Source: Candidatus Zixiibacteriota bacterium (lineage in GTDB: Bacteria > Zixibacteria > MSB-5A5 > GN15 > JAAZOE01). From it: DNA of 64,000 bases. Made by a program: the position numbers and the translations under genes. Within the stretch, counting starts at the first letter, position 1, and every line of letters starts with the position of its first letter. The notes under the pieces are model-generated. The model did no database searches and was not told the DNA's origin. It was given only the letters and a program-made list of their open reading frames with translations. Shown here in pieces: positions 34,010 to 43,555 of this stretch. Location of the stretch: positions 10,083 through 74,082 of the forward strand of contig JAZGGI010000021.1 in assembly GCA_036480375.1 (NCBI GenBank). The letters are read 5' to 3'.

Positions 34010-35110
34010 ATGGTAGATATAGATAGTCTCAAAAATACCCCCTATACCCAATTTCATATTGAAGCCGGAGCCAAAATGGTGCCTTTTGCCGGTTATTATA
34101 TGCCGGTGCAGTATTCGGGGATTATAGATGAGCATAGAGCGGTGCGATCCGGAGTCGGACTATTTGACCTGACTCACATGGGTGAATTTGAAGTCAGCGG
34201 CGATGGGACTCTTGGCTTTCTCCAGAAAATAACCACTAACGACGTATCGGCGTTGGATGTGTATCAAATTCAGTATTCATGTATGACCTACGATGACGGC
34301 GGCATCGTTGATGATTTGCTGATCTATCGCCTGCCCGATAGATATTTGCTGGTCGTAAATGCCGTCAATATTGAAAAAGATTTTAAGTGGCTCCAAAGTT
34401 ACCTGGCCAGTGAGGTCGAGCTAATTGACAAAAGCGATTATTACTCTCTGCTGGCCATTCAGGGGCCGAATGCCCAAAAGCTTTTGCAGGAATTGACATC
34501 ATTTGATCTGGATACATTGCTATATTACTGGTCAACCGAAAGTGAGATCGCCGGGTATAAAATTCTCTTTTCCCGAACGGGATATACCGGCGAAGACGGG
34601 TTTGAACTTTATATCCCGCCTGAATATGCTTCCGATATCTGGAATGCAGTAAACGAAGCCGGGAAAAAATACGATTTGAAATTGATAGGTCTCGGCGCCC
34701 GCGACAGTTTACGGCTGGAAATGAAAATGGTTCTCTACGGCAATGATATTGACCAGACGACTAATCCGATTGAAGCCGGGTTGAGATGGATACTCAAGCT
34801 TAATAAAGGTGAATTTATCGGGGCCGATGTTCTTCGGGCGGTTAAAAAAAATAGGCCCAAACGCAAACTTGTCTGTATGGTGTTAAAAGATAAGGCGTTT
34901 CCCCGAAAAGGGTATTTAATTTATAACGGCGAGGATAAGATAGGCGAGGTAACGTCCGGAACGGTGTCACCTTCTCTGGGAATTCCGATTGCCATGGGAT
35001 ACGTCGCCCGGAAATACTCGAAATCGGGAAATGTCGTTGAAATTGAAATCCGGGGCAGGAGATTTGCCGCTGATATTATTAAGCCGCCGTTCTATAAGAA
35101 AAACAAGTGA
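34010..35110 (+). CDS. gcvT: Glycine cleavage system aminomethyltransferase T
   Basis: 366-aa ORF with GAKMVPFAGYYMPVQY, GLFDLTHMGEF, TGYTGEDGFE and GLGARDSLRLE. Confidence 0.92.
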   Translation: MVDIDSLKNTPYTQFHIEAGAKMVPFAGYYMPVQYSGIIDEHRAVRSGVGLFDLTHMGEFEVSGDGTLGFLQKITTNDVSALDVYQIQYSCMTYDDGGIVDDLLIYRLPDRYLLVVNAVNIEKDFKWLQSYLASEVELIDKSDYYSLLAIQGPNAQKLLQELTSFDLDTLLYYWSTESEIAGYKILFSRTGYTGEDGFELYIPPEYASDIWNAVNEAGKKYDLKLIGLGARDSLRLEMKMVLYGNDIDQTTNPIEAGLRWILKLNKGEFIGADVLRAVKKNRPKRKLVCMVLKDKAFPRKGYLIYNGEDKIGEVTSGTVSPSLGIPIAMGYVARKYSKSGNVVEIEIRGRRFAADIIKPPFYKKNK

Positions 35111-35829
35111 TTGATTCGATGATAGAATTATATTTATTGCCCGCCGAAATTCCGGACGATCTTGATAAGAATCGCTCGGTGGTAATTATAGATATTTTTC
35201 GAGCCACGACATCAATGGCGGCGGCTCTGGCGGCCGGTGCAGAAGCTCTATATCCTGCCGGCTCAATAGCGGAAGCGGAAAATTTAAAAAAGGATTTGGG
35301 AGATTCGACACTAATGGCGGGCGAGAGAAACGCTTATCGAATCGAGAATTATGATTTCGGCAACTCGCCCGAGGAAATGATTCCGGATAAAGTATCCGGG
35401 CGAAAAATAATATTCAACTCGACCAATGGCACCAAATTGCTTCGTCGATTTTCGGAGTTCGATAATGTTCTGTTGGGTTCGTTTGTCTGTATGAGTTTTG
35501 CCGTTTCCACTCTCGCGCGGTTATCTGCTCCGCCGGTTATTTGTTGCGCCGGACAGGAGGGACGCGTTTCGGGTGAGGACACGATGGCGGCCGGGATGAT
35601 GGTTTCGCGAATGAGCGACACCTTTTCCGATTGTAACGACGCCGCCAATTTGGCCCGGCTCGCGTATAAAAATTGCGGCGCTAATTGGCGGGAAGTTACC
35701 ATGAATTCGACGCATGGGCGATATCTGAAGTCTATCGGAATGGGCGATGATTTGGTTTTTTGCACCGAACTGGACCGATATGATTTTGTGCCCATTAAAT
35801 CGGGAAATAAAATTATTAAAAGTCCCTGA
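35107..35829 (+). CDS. comB: 2-phosphosulfolactate phosphatase family protein (ComB-like)
   Basis: VVIIDIFRATTSMAAALAAGA... and NGT motifs are typical of the ComB family. It overlaps the gcvT stop by 4 nt. Confidence 0.75.
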   Translation: MIDSMIELYLLPAEIPDDLDKNRSVVIIDIFRATTSMAAALAAGAEALYPAGSIAEAENLKKDLGDSTLMAGERNAYRIENYDFGNSPEEMIPDKVSGRKIIFNSTNGTKLLRRFSEFDNVLLGSFVCMSFAVSTLARLSAPPVICCAGQEGRVSGEDTMAAGMMVSRMSDTFSDCNDAANLARLAYKNCGANWREVTMNSTHGRYLKSIGMGDDLVFCTELDRYDFVPIKSGNKIIKSP

Positions 35830-35914
35830 TGCGGAGTTGCGATAATAGATTAATTAAAGATAAATATGGCGCTTATGGCGTATAAGTTATCGTTGATACG
35901 AAAGAGGTAGTATT

Positions 35915-37843
35915 ATGAAACGAAGTATAATTGGGATTTGCGGTCTTTGCATATATATCTTAATTTTCTCAGGCCTAATCCAAGCTCGGAATATTCAATG
36001 TGAAATAACGGTTCGTGAACAAAACAGTGACGGTGACTATGTATTAATATACAAAAAGAATATTGATGTCTATGAGGGCATAAAAAATACCAGCTTTCAT
36101 GTGAATTTTACGATTGATTTAACGGCTAATTCCCGTGGCGACAGTTTATATGAGTGTGAATTTTCGCTTTATACGTTGGGTCCCCAACCGCAAAACCTGT
36201 TCAAGAAATTTCATAGCCATGCCGGCGGTATTTATTTTGTCGAAGATGTCCGGGGCAAGAATAATACGGTATACCGCGTGGGGATATCACCGCTCGCAAT
36301 CGATAGTGTTTCCGATATTGATCAAACCTGCGATTATGACTATCACGCCGACGGTGTCTGGAATTTCGATCCGTCAGCTAATTTTGATTTTTATTATGTT
36401 CCCCGGACTCTGGGAGATGTCCGCTGGAATCTGTTGCGAGAATATGTTGAGACGACATATAAGGAATTCAAAAAAATATTTGAGCAGGGTTTTCCCGGCA
36501 AGGTAAATTATTTCTTCGCGCCCTGTTTACTCAAAGAAGTTCAGTGGGATAAGCGGGGCGGTTTTGCCATCGATCCGACGCGGTCTAATTGTTTTACACT
36601 CTATTCCCACAATTACAATACGATTGACGCTTTCCCCGGGATTTTGACCCGCACCTATCGTTATCTGGGATATTCCCCGCCTATTTTGGTTGAAGGCGCA
36701 GCCGGATATTTCGATGCTGCTCATTACTATGCCCGAGAATTAAAGAAGAAAAGCGAATTGTCGCCACTGGCCAATATGCTGCGTTCAATCGATTATTTCA
36801 GACTACCCGGGTACAATAATGTTTCGGCGGCCGCATCCTTTGTGAAATATTTAGTCGATAAGTACGGATTAAACCGCTTTATTGAACTATACCGGAAAGC
36901 TACCGACTTGAATATAGGCGAGCAGTTTTCTGTCGTGTATGATATATCGCTGGATTCTCTTGAAGCCGACTGGCATCATCTTCTGGATACGGTCACGATT
37001 CATTCGGGACATTTTCATTATTTTTATGAGCGTGATAAATTTATCTATAACCGCACCGGCATGGATATATTCCTGCGGGAATTGAAGAACCATATGGAAA
37101 CCACTTATGATTCGACTTATGCCATCGGCGAGGAAGCCTGGAATATGTATATGGACGGTGAATATGACACCGCCCGAACTCTTTATGAATTTCTTATCAC
37201 GCGCGAGGCGGATGATATTACCAATTGGATGGCATACGGGAATCTGCTTCTAATCGACGGGCAATACGATTCAGCCTTGAAAATTTACGACCGCGTTTAT
37301 GAGACCGATTCGACGGCCAAGAGTATGTTCTATAAGAAAGGCGATACATATTTCCGGATGGCAAATATCGACAGCGCCAAAACCTATTTGATTCGGGATT
37401 TCACCGAAAACCCGTCCCAACTAAGCCGGGCGTCGTCGGGAATCCTGATGGGTCGAATTTCGTTATCCGAAGGCGATACCGCCACCGCCATTGATTACTA
37501 TGCCGGTGCGGTTGACGCCGTGGAGCAAATATATCAAATGGGAAAATCGCGGCCCGCATATCTCCTGCGGCTGGGGCAGGCGCACCTGGGATTGGCCTTA
37601 TGCGAAAATGATACCACCAGCGTCGCCAAATCGTATCTGGACCAGGGCCTTTATTTTGAAGTACATCCGGTGCGAGTAATATTTTTTACTCGCCTTCTCC
37701 GCGAATTAGGTCGAATTGCCGACCTTGATGGGCGACGGGAAGATGCTATCGCTCTTTATCAACGAGTCCTGAAATACCCGTTGCCGCCGCATTTTGAAGA
37801 AGAAGTCAGATCTTATATTTTGGAGCCGTTCCGGGGGTTTTAG
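35915..37843 (+). CDS. Exported hypothetical protein with a C-terminal TPR-like region
   Basis: 642-aa ORF with the signal peptide MKRSIIGICGLCIYILIFSGLIQA. The C-terminal third has TPR-like helical pairs (WMAYGNLLLIDGQYDSALKIYDRV..., YFRMANIDSAKTYL...). Confidence 0.5.
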   Translation: MKRSIIGICGLCIYILIFSGLIQARNIQCEITVREQNSDGDYVLIYKKNIDVYEGIKNTSFHVNFTIDLTANSRGDSLYECEFSLYTLGPQPQNLFKKFHSHAGGIYFVEDVRGKNNTVYRVGISPLAIDSVSDIDQTCDYDYHADGVWNFDPSANFDFYYVPRTLGDVRWNLLREYVETTYKEFKKIFEQGFPGKVNYFFAPCLLKEVQWDKRGGFAIDPTRSNCFTLYSHNYNTIDAFPGILTRTYRYLGYSPPILVEGAAGYFDAAHYYARELKKKSELSPLANMLRSIDYFRLPGYNNVSAAASFVKYLVDKYGLNRFIELYRKATDLNIGEQFSVVYDISLDSLEADWHHLLDTVTIHSGHFHYFYERDKFIYNRTGMDIFLRELKNHMETTYDSTYAIGEEAWNMYMDGEYDTARTLYEFLITREADDITNWMAYGNLLLIDGQYDSALKIYDRVYETDSTAKSMFYKKGDTYFRMANIDSAKTYLIRDFTENPSQLSRASSGILMGRISLSEGDTATAIDYYAGAVDAVEQIYQMGKSRPAYLLRLGQAHLGLALCENDTTSVAKSYLDQGLYFEVHPVRVIFFTRLLRELGRIADLDGRREDAIALYQRVLKYPLPPHFEEEVRSYILEPFRGF

Positions 37844-37868
37844 TCCCTCCGTCCGCTGGGATTGAATT

Positions 37869-39959
37869 ATGCTGAATTTTCTCAATACAGCGATTCTTTT
37901 TGCCGCGGCGGCGGCTTTATTCCCTTTTATTCTACATCTCTTTTCAAAGAGAAAAGTCAAAACCGTACCATTTTCCTCAATTGCTTTCCTCAAGGCGATG
38001 CGCAAGCATCAGGTGCGGGCCATCAAAATCAGGCAGCTACTTCTTTTGATAATCAGAACACTAATTATCCTCGCGGTTGTTTTGGCTTTTGCCCGACCGG
38101 CGACTAAAGGCGGCTATCTGGGTTCACACGCGTCGGTATCGGCCGTAATTATAATTGACAATTCGGCCTCGATGGGATTATCGGTGCGGGACGGAATCCT
38201 TTTTGACCTGGTGGTGAAAAGGGCGCAGGAAATTTTGGGGCAACTGGGCCAGGCCGATGAAGTCGCCATTTTGGCGACAACCGGAGATTATGCCGATCCC
38301 CAAGGGGAAAATATTTTTGGCAATCCCGGGCAATCCGCTCAGATTCCGGATAAAATTTCGCTGACTGATATTCGCGCCGATTTATTGACCAGCTATTCAA
38401 ACGCAATTGAATTACTGGGCGAACGACTGAATTTAAATCATGAGATATATATTCTGAGTGATTTGCAGGAAATATCTTTTGCTAATGATGAGCAAATCGC
38501 TGAATTTAATGGAAAGACTTTTTGGGTCGAGTTGCCGATTCGAGAGATATCGAACTGCAGTATTCTGGAGGTCGGCTTCGGTAATCAGTTAATTGAAATA
38601 GGAACCGAATTCCCTATTTCCTCGACGGTTAAATCATACTCGACCGAAGGCGATGATAATATTCTCGTTTCGCTGTATCTTGATGATGAACGCATCGCTC
38701 AGGAAGATATTCGACTGCGGCCTGGTGTTTCGGCACCGGTTGATTTTGAAATATCGGTCGCCACTCCGGGCTATCACTCCGGATATGTTGAATTATCCGA
38801 TGATGACCTATTGGCCGATAACCGTCACTATTTTAGTTTTTATATCCCGGAGCAATTCAACATTCTGCTGGTCGGGCAGGACGATATCGATCGGCAGCTA
38901 TTTAAACTGGCACTGGCCCCGGATGAAAAATTGAGAAGGCACTGGTCGGTTTCGGAAATCGGATATAATAATTTTCAAACCGCTCGCTTACGGGATTTTG
39001 ATGTTGTTATACTCTCCGATTACGAAACGCTTCCCCGAAGCGATGTCAATCGCCTCAAAGATTTTGTTCGCCGGGGCGGAGGATTGATGTTGAACATCGG
39101 GCAAAAGTCGGATTCGGCTCATTATGCCATGCATTTTGAAGAAATGACAGGCGTGAAGTTAACCTCGTCGTTCCCGGTTAATTTCTCAAGGGCGGGACAT
39201 TTTACTATTACAGATTTTAATTTCGAGCATCCTATTCTGCAGATATTGAAAGATAAAATCGATCCCCAGTCTCTTAGTTTTAGATCGTATGCATTGCCGA
39301 AATCGCGACTTCAGGATGATGCCGAAGTGAGTTTGATAGCCCGATATTCGGATGGCTCTCCGGCGATTGCGGCCGCGCCGTTCGGTCGCGGGCGTGTTCT
39401 CTATTTGGGCTGTGATATCTCACCGGATATTTCAGATATCTCATTGCATCCTTTGTTTGTTCCGTTTTTGGTGCGCTCCTGCGAATTTTTATCATCCGAT
39501 TTTTCGGCGCATACGGAGAATATAAATGCCGGTGACGCTCCGGTTCGAGTTTTGCGCCGAGGATTCAATATCGCCAATGAATATATATTGATCGGTCCCG
39601 ACAATTCCCGCCGCACTGTCTCTATGGAATTTCGTGACGATACGCGCCGCTTGAATTGCGACCCTGTTCGCCGTGCGGGATTGTATCGAATTATGAACGG
39701 AACCATTGAAAGCGACCGCTTTGCCGTTAATATTGATTCCGAAGAAGGTGATTTCTATACTACCGATTGGGATGAAATGGAATCGCGGTTTTCCGGAGCG
39801 TCTCGTATGCCTTCGGAGACATCAGTCGCCGGATTTCTCTCCGAAAAAAGATTCGGGCGGGAATTATGGCAGTTTTTTATTGCCGCTGCGCTTATTCTTT
39901 TGGCTTTGGAAATGCTCGTCGCTCGGGATCGCGGGGCGCCTTTAACCTCAGACGATTAA
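37869..39959 (+). CDS. BatA/BatB-like membrane protein (aerotolerance-operon N-terminal double-TM domain plus vWA domain)
   Basis: The N-terminus MLNFLNTAILFAAAAALFPFILHLFSKRK matches the BatA_N pattern. A vWA MIDAS-like motif VIIIDNSASMG and a C-terminal TM helix are present. Confidence 0.65.
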   Translation: MLNFLNTAILFAAAAALFPFILHLFSKRKVKTVPFSSIAFLKAMRKHQVRAIKIRQLLLLIIRTLIILAVVLAFARPATKGGYLGSHASVSAVIIIDNSASMGLSVRDGILFDLVVKRAQEILGQLGQADEVAILATTGDYADPQGENIFGNPGQSAQIPDKISLTDIRADLLTSYSNAIELLGERLNLNHEIYILSDLQEISFANDEQIAEFNGKTFWVELPIREISNCSILEVGFGNQLIEIGTEFPISSTVKSYSTEGDDNILVSLYLDDERIAQEDIRLRPGVSAPVDFEISVATPGYHSGYVELSDDDLLADNRHYFSFYIPEQFNILLVGQDDIDRQLFKLALAPDEKLRRHWSVSEIGYNNFQTARLRDFDVVILSDYETLPRSDVNRLKDFVRRGGGLMLNIGQKSDSAHYAMHFEEMTGVKLTSSFPVNFSRAGHFTITDFNFEHPILQILKDKIDPQSLSFRSYALPKSRLQDDAEVSLIARYSDGSPAIAAAPFGRGRVLYLGCDISPDISDISLHPLFVPFLVRSCEFLSSDFSAHTENINAGDAPVRVLRRGFNIANEYILIGPDNSRRTVSMEFRDDTRRLNCDPVRRAGLYRIMNGTIESDRFAVNIDSEEGDFYTTDWDEMESRFSGASRMPSETSVAGFLSEKRFGRELWQFFIAAALILLALEMLVARDRGAPLTSDD

Positions 39960-39965
39960 TATAAA

Positions 39966-41849
39966 ATGCTGCTTGCTTCATTATCAAATATCTCGAAGCG
40001 TTTTGATTCTCAGATCATCGTCGAAAACGCTTCTCTGGCGATTCAGGAAGGCCAAAAAATCGGGCTGGTCGGAAATAACGGGACCGGCAAAACCACTCTT
40101 TTCAATATCATTTCCGGAATCATGCGGCCGGATTCGGGCACGGTCGATTTCAAGAAAGGTACCACCGTCGGTTATGTGGCCCAGGAATTGCATGAGGAAT
40201 TGGAATTATCACTATATGATTTTTGCTTTCTGGCCTATCCCAAAATCAATGACATCCGGCTGCAACTAATATCCCTCGAAGTTCAAATCTCCAGAGAAAA
40301 TCCATCCGAAGAGATTCTGAGCGAATATCATATCCTGACTCAGGAATATGAAGAGATGGGAGGGTATCGCTTTGAGACCGAAGCCAAAATTGTTCTCGAG
40401 GGAATCGGTTTTAATCGTATGCAGATGAGTCGCAGGTTGGCGATTTTTTCCGGTGGCGAACGAAATCGAGCGCAAGTCGCGGCGGTATTGCTCGGTGGTT
40501 ACGATTTATTGCTTTTGGACGAGCCAACCAATCACCTTGATATCAACGCCACTATCTGGCTCGAAAATTATATTTCAGGATCAAAATCAGCCTTTCTGAT
40601 AATCTCGCATGATCGCCGTTTCCTTCAAAACACCGCCGAAAAAATCGCCGAACTGTCGCAGGGCAAGCTGGATCCGTATCATTGCCGCTTCGATGATTAT
40701 CTTGAAGAACGCGAAAAAAAATTGAAGCTGGCCGAGCATCATTACCGTCATCAGCGAGAAGAAATTGTTCGCATCGAGGATTTTATCCGCCGGAATATGG
40801 CGGGGCAAAAAACCAAACAAGCGCAGTCGCGGCAAAAGTACTTGGCCCGCATGAAAAGGCTGGAAAAGCCGCATCGGGAAAATACACGACCGACATTTAA
40901 GATTCTTGACGGCGGGCGTTCATTCCGGCAGGTTGTCAAAGTCGATGACATGGTTATCGGTTACGATAATGTCCCCCTCGTCGATGAGATTGAGTTTGAA
41001 CTTACCCGGGGAGATAGGGTGGGGATTATCGGCCCTAACGGGTGCGGTAAAACATCTCTTTTGAAAACTCTCGGCGGGTTTCTGGAACCGATTGCGGGCG
41101 AGATTACGATTGGAGGCAATGTCGATATCGCCTATTTCGACCAGGAGCTTTCCGATCTCAATCTTCAAAACGACGTTCTTTCTGAATTGTGGGAAATCGA
41201 CCCGCTGGCCGAATCGGGGAGGCTCCGCTCATTTCTGGCGCGCTTTGGATTTATAGGAGAGGGTGTTTTTAAAAGAGTTTTTCAGCTTTCCGGGGGCGAA
41301 AAAACAAAGCTGTCTCTCGCCAAAATCTTATATCATCCCGCCAATCTTTTGATATTTGACGAGCCGACCAATCATCTTGATATTGTCTCGATTGAAGCGC
41401 TCGAAGAAGGCCTTAAAGAGTATAACGGAACTCTTATTGTCGTCAGCCACGACCGTTATTTTCTCGATAATGTCATTAACCATATCTTTGAGATTTCAGC
41501 CGGGTACATGCGCAAGTACCTTGGTAATTACAGTTACTATGTAGAAAAATCCGGCCCCGGGAATGTCACAGGCAAAACAGTTTCTGTCGAGAAAAAAGCC
41601 GCTTACGAAGAATTCAAAGAAAGAGGCCGCCGGAAATCGAGATATATGAAAAAACTGGCCCGACTGGGGGAAATGATTGCGGACGGCGAGGCTCGCCTGA
41701 CTGATTTGGAGAAAGAAGAGATTCTTATCGATAAGGCTGACTGGCAAAAACTTAACGAAAATCATGCCGCCCGCCGGGAATTGGAAGAGCAAATCCTTTC
41801 ATGGTATCTGGAAAAAGAGCAAATGGAAAAGGAACCGCCTCTTGACTAA
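39966..41849 (+). CDS. ABC-F family ATPase (translation factor type; Uup/YheS/EttA-like)
   Basis: Two ABC cassettes (GNNGTGKTT / LSGGERNR / LLLDEPTNHLD and GPNGCGKTS / LSGGEKTK / LIFDEPTNHLD), no TM domain, and a charged C-terminal coiled coil. Confidence 0.9.
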   Translation: MLLASLSNISKRFDSQIIVENASLAIQEGQKIGLVGNNGTGKTTLFNIISGIMRPDSGTVDFKKGTTVGYVAQELHEELELSLYDFCFLAYPKINDIRLQLISLEVQISRENPSEEILSEYHILTQEYEEMGGYRFETEAKIVLEGIGFNRMQMSRRLAIFSGGERNRAQVAAVLLGGYDLLLLDEPTNHLDINATIWLENYISGSKSAFLIISHDRRFLQNTAEKIAELSQGKLDPYHCRFDDYLEEREKKLKLAEHHYRHQREEIVRIEDFIRRNMAGQKTKQAQSRQKYLARMKRLEKPHRENTRPTFKILDGGRSFRQVVKVDDMVIGYDNVPLVDEIEFELTRGDRVGIIGPNGCGKTSLLKTLGGFLEPIAGEITIGGNVDIAYFDQELSDLNLQNDVLSELWEIDPLAESGRLRSFLARFGFIGEGVFKRVFQLSGGEKTKLSLAKILYHPANLLIFDEPTNHLDIVSIEALEEGLKEYNGTLIVVSHDRYFLDNVINHIFEISAGYMRKYLGNYSYYVEKSGPGNVTGKTVSVEKKAAYEEFKERGRRKSRYMKKLARLGEMIADGEARLTDLEKEEILIDKADWQKLNENHAARRELEEQILSWYLEKEQMEKEPPLD

Positions 41850-42420
41850 AATTCTGGGCATATCCGGGTCGCCCGTTATCGGCTCATCAACCGAATTATT
41901 GGTCAGGGAAGTACTAAAAGGAGGTAAAGCGGCGGGAGCCAAAACGAAATATATCTATCTCAATGAACTGGACATAATGCCCTGCCAGGCTTGCGGCGAA
42001 TCTCCCGACGACGGATATTGCTTTTTCAATGACGGCATGGATGAAGTTTATAAAGCATTCGACTGGTGCGATGCAATCGTCATCGGTTCCCCGATATATT
42101 TTGATTCGGTCTCGGCCCAGACAAAACTGTTTATAGATCGTTCTAATTGTTTCAGACATTATCGGCCCGAATCGCCGGAATTGATTATTCCCCGGATAGA
42201 AAAACGACGGAAAGGTATAATTATTCTCGTCGGCGGCAAGCGGGAAAAATTCGAACCGGCTCGAAAAGTTGTCGGGGGCTTTTTTGTCTGGGCCAATGTT
42301 GAACGATTCGGATTGATTTCCTATTCTCATTCGGGATTCGAAAAGGGCTCAGTCAAGAAAGATAAAAAAGTTATGAAAGAAGCATTTGAGACAGGCCAGA
42401 AAATATGCCGTGATGATTAG
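41842..42420 (+). CDS. NADPH-dependent FMN reductase / iron-sulfur flavoprotein-like
   Basis: KILGISGSPV...CQACGESPDDGYC...DAIVIGSPIYFDSVSAQTKLFIDR. A TTG at 41842 gives the canonical N-terminus. The longer track ORF from 41764 would overlap the ABC-F gene by 86 nt. Confidence 0.7.
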   Translation: MTKILGISGSPVIGSSTELLVREVLKGGKAAGAKTKYIYLNELDIMPCQACGESPDDGYCFFNDGMDEVYKAFDWCDAIVIGSPIYFDSVSAQTKLFIDRSNCFRHYRPESPELIIPRIEKRRKGIIILVGGKREKFEPARKVVGGFFVWANVERFGLISYSHSGFEKGSVKKDKKVMKEAFETGQKICRDD

Positions 42421-42442
42421 GCGGAAAGGTTGATTTGGGGAC

Positions 42443-42470
42443 TTGATTTAGATTTACAAAAATATATATT
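42443..42470 (+). promoter_or_regulatory. Candidate sigma70-type promoter for the aroF-men operon
   Basis: TTGATT (42443-42448), a 16-nt spacer, then TATATT (42465-42470). This is a consensus match only, and the promoter rules of this lineage are unknown. Confidence 0.25.
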
Positions 42471-42566
42471 GAAAAGTTATCGTTTTCGGGCTTTAACCGG
42501 CGCGATACTTATCTTATTGAAGGCGGCCTCGGCGGATTCAAGTGAAAACCGGCGGCGGAGAGTGAA

Positions 42567-43553
42567 ATGATATACAGTTTTGACAGCAAAGATGACAATT
42601 ATAATAAATTTGTAGCCGAGTTATCTGAACAACCTCTTGATTACGAAGTCATCAGCCGAGATAAAATTGTTATCAGAATTTTCGGCCATGTCGACGATGA
42701 TCTGCGAAAACGACTCGACCAAATTTCGGGCAAGGGGAAATTAATATTAAAAAAAGCGGCCGATGACGTAACTCTGTTTAATGAAATCAAGCGTGGTAAG
42801 ATTATTATCGCCGGACCCTGTTCGGTTGAATCGGAAAGTCAGATTGATGAGATCGCGGGATTTTTGTCAGGATTGGGAGTGAGATATTTGCGTGGTGGCG
42901 CGTTCAAGCCCCGGACGCAGAGCAGTTCATTTCAGGGGCTGGGCAAAGTCGGTTTGAAAATTCTATCGGAAGCGGCCGCGAAATATAATATGAAAGTCGT
43001 CACGGAGTTGATGGACAGGTCTCAATTGGATGAGGTGTATCAATACGCCGATATCATTCAGGTCGGTTCGCGGAATATGTTCAACTATACTCTGTTGACA
43101 GCCCTGGGCGCGGTCGATAAAACGATTTTATTCAAGCGCGGCATGGCGGCGACGATAGATGAATGGCTTCATGCCGCTGACTATATCCGCAAAGGAGGCA
43201 ATGAACGAATAATCCTATGTGAGCGGGGAATTCGCACTTTCGAAAAACGTACCCGCTTTACTCTCGATGTTCTGGCTATTCCCATCGCCCGTCAATTAAG
43301 CGGACTACCGGTCATCGCGGATGCTTCGCATGCCGCGGGCGATAGAAAATTGGTTCCGCCCCTGGTCAAAGCGGCTCTGGCGGCGGGAGCCGACGGTATT
43401 ATGGTCGAAGTTCATAATAATCCAAAAGATGCCCTATCCGACGGCGCGCAATCGATGACGTTTACCGATTTTAATAATCTTCTCGATGACCTCGCCAGTC
43501 TCGGCTACGAAATTGTCCATAAATCCCGGCGGCGTAATCCGGCCAAATTTTAG
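42567..43553 (+). CDS. aroF: 3-deoxy-7-phosphoheptulonate (DAHP) synthase, type I-beta, with an ~75-aa N-terminal extra domain
   Basis: It has IIAGPCSVES, RGGAFKPRT, FQGLG, QVGSRNM, LCERGIRTFE, DASHAAG, EVH and LSDG. This matches Thermotoga/Bacillus-type DAHPS, with an N-terminal extension where those enzymes carry a regulatory domain. Confidence 0.85.
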   Translation: MIYSFDSKDDNYNKFVAELSEQPLDYEVISRDKIVIRIFGHVDDDLRKRLDQISGKGKLILKKAADDVTLFNEIKRGKIIIAGPCSVESESQIDEIAGFLSGLGVRYLRGGAFKPRTQSSSFQGLGKVGLKILSEAAAKYNMKVVTELMDRSQLDEVYQYADIIQVGSRNMFNYTLLTALGAVDKTILFKRGMAATIDEWLHAADYIRKGGNERIILCERGIRTFEKRTRFTLDVLAIPIARQLSGLPVIADASHAAGDRKLVPPLVKAALAAGADGIMVEVHNNPKDALSDGAQSMTFTDFNNLLDDLASLGYEIVHKSRRRNPAKF

Positions 43554-43555
43554 TC

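Noticed and set aside
41764-41841. An upstream extension of the flavoprotein ORF overlapping the ABC-F gene by 86 nt.
   Set aside because: The conserved N-terminus (KILGISGSP) begins at a TTG at 41842. The extension is the out-of-frame reading of the ABC-F C-terminus.
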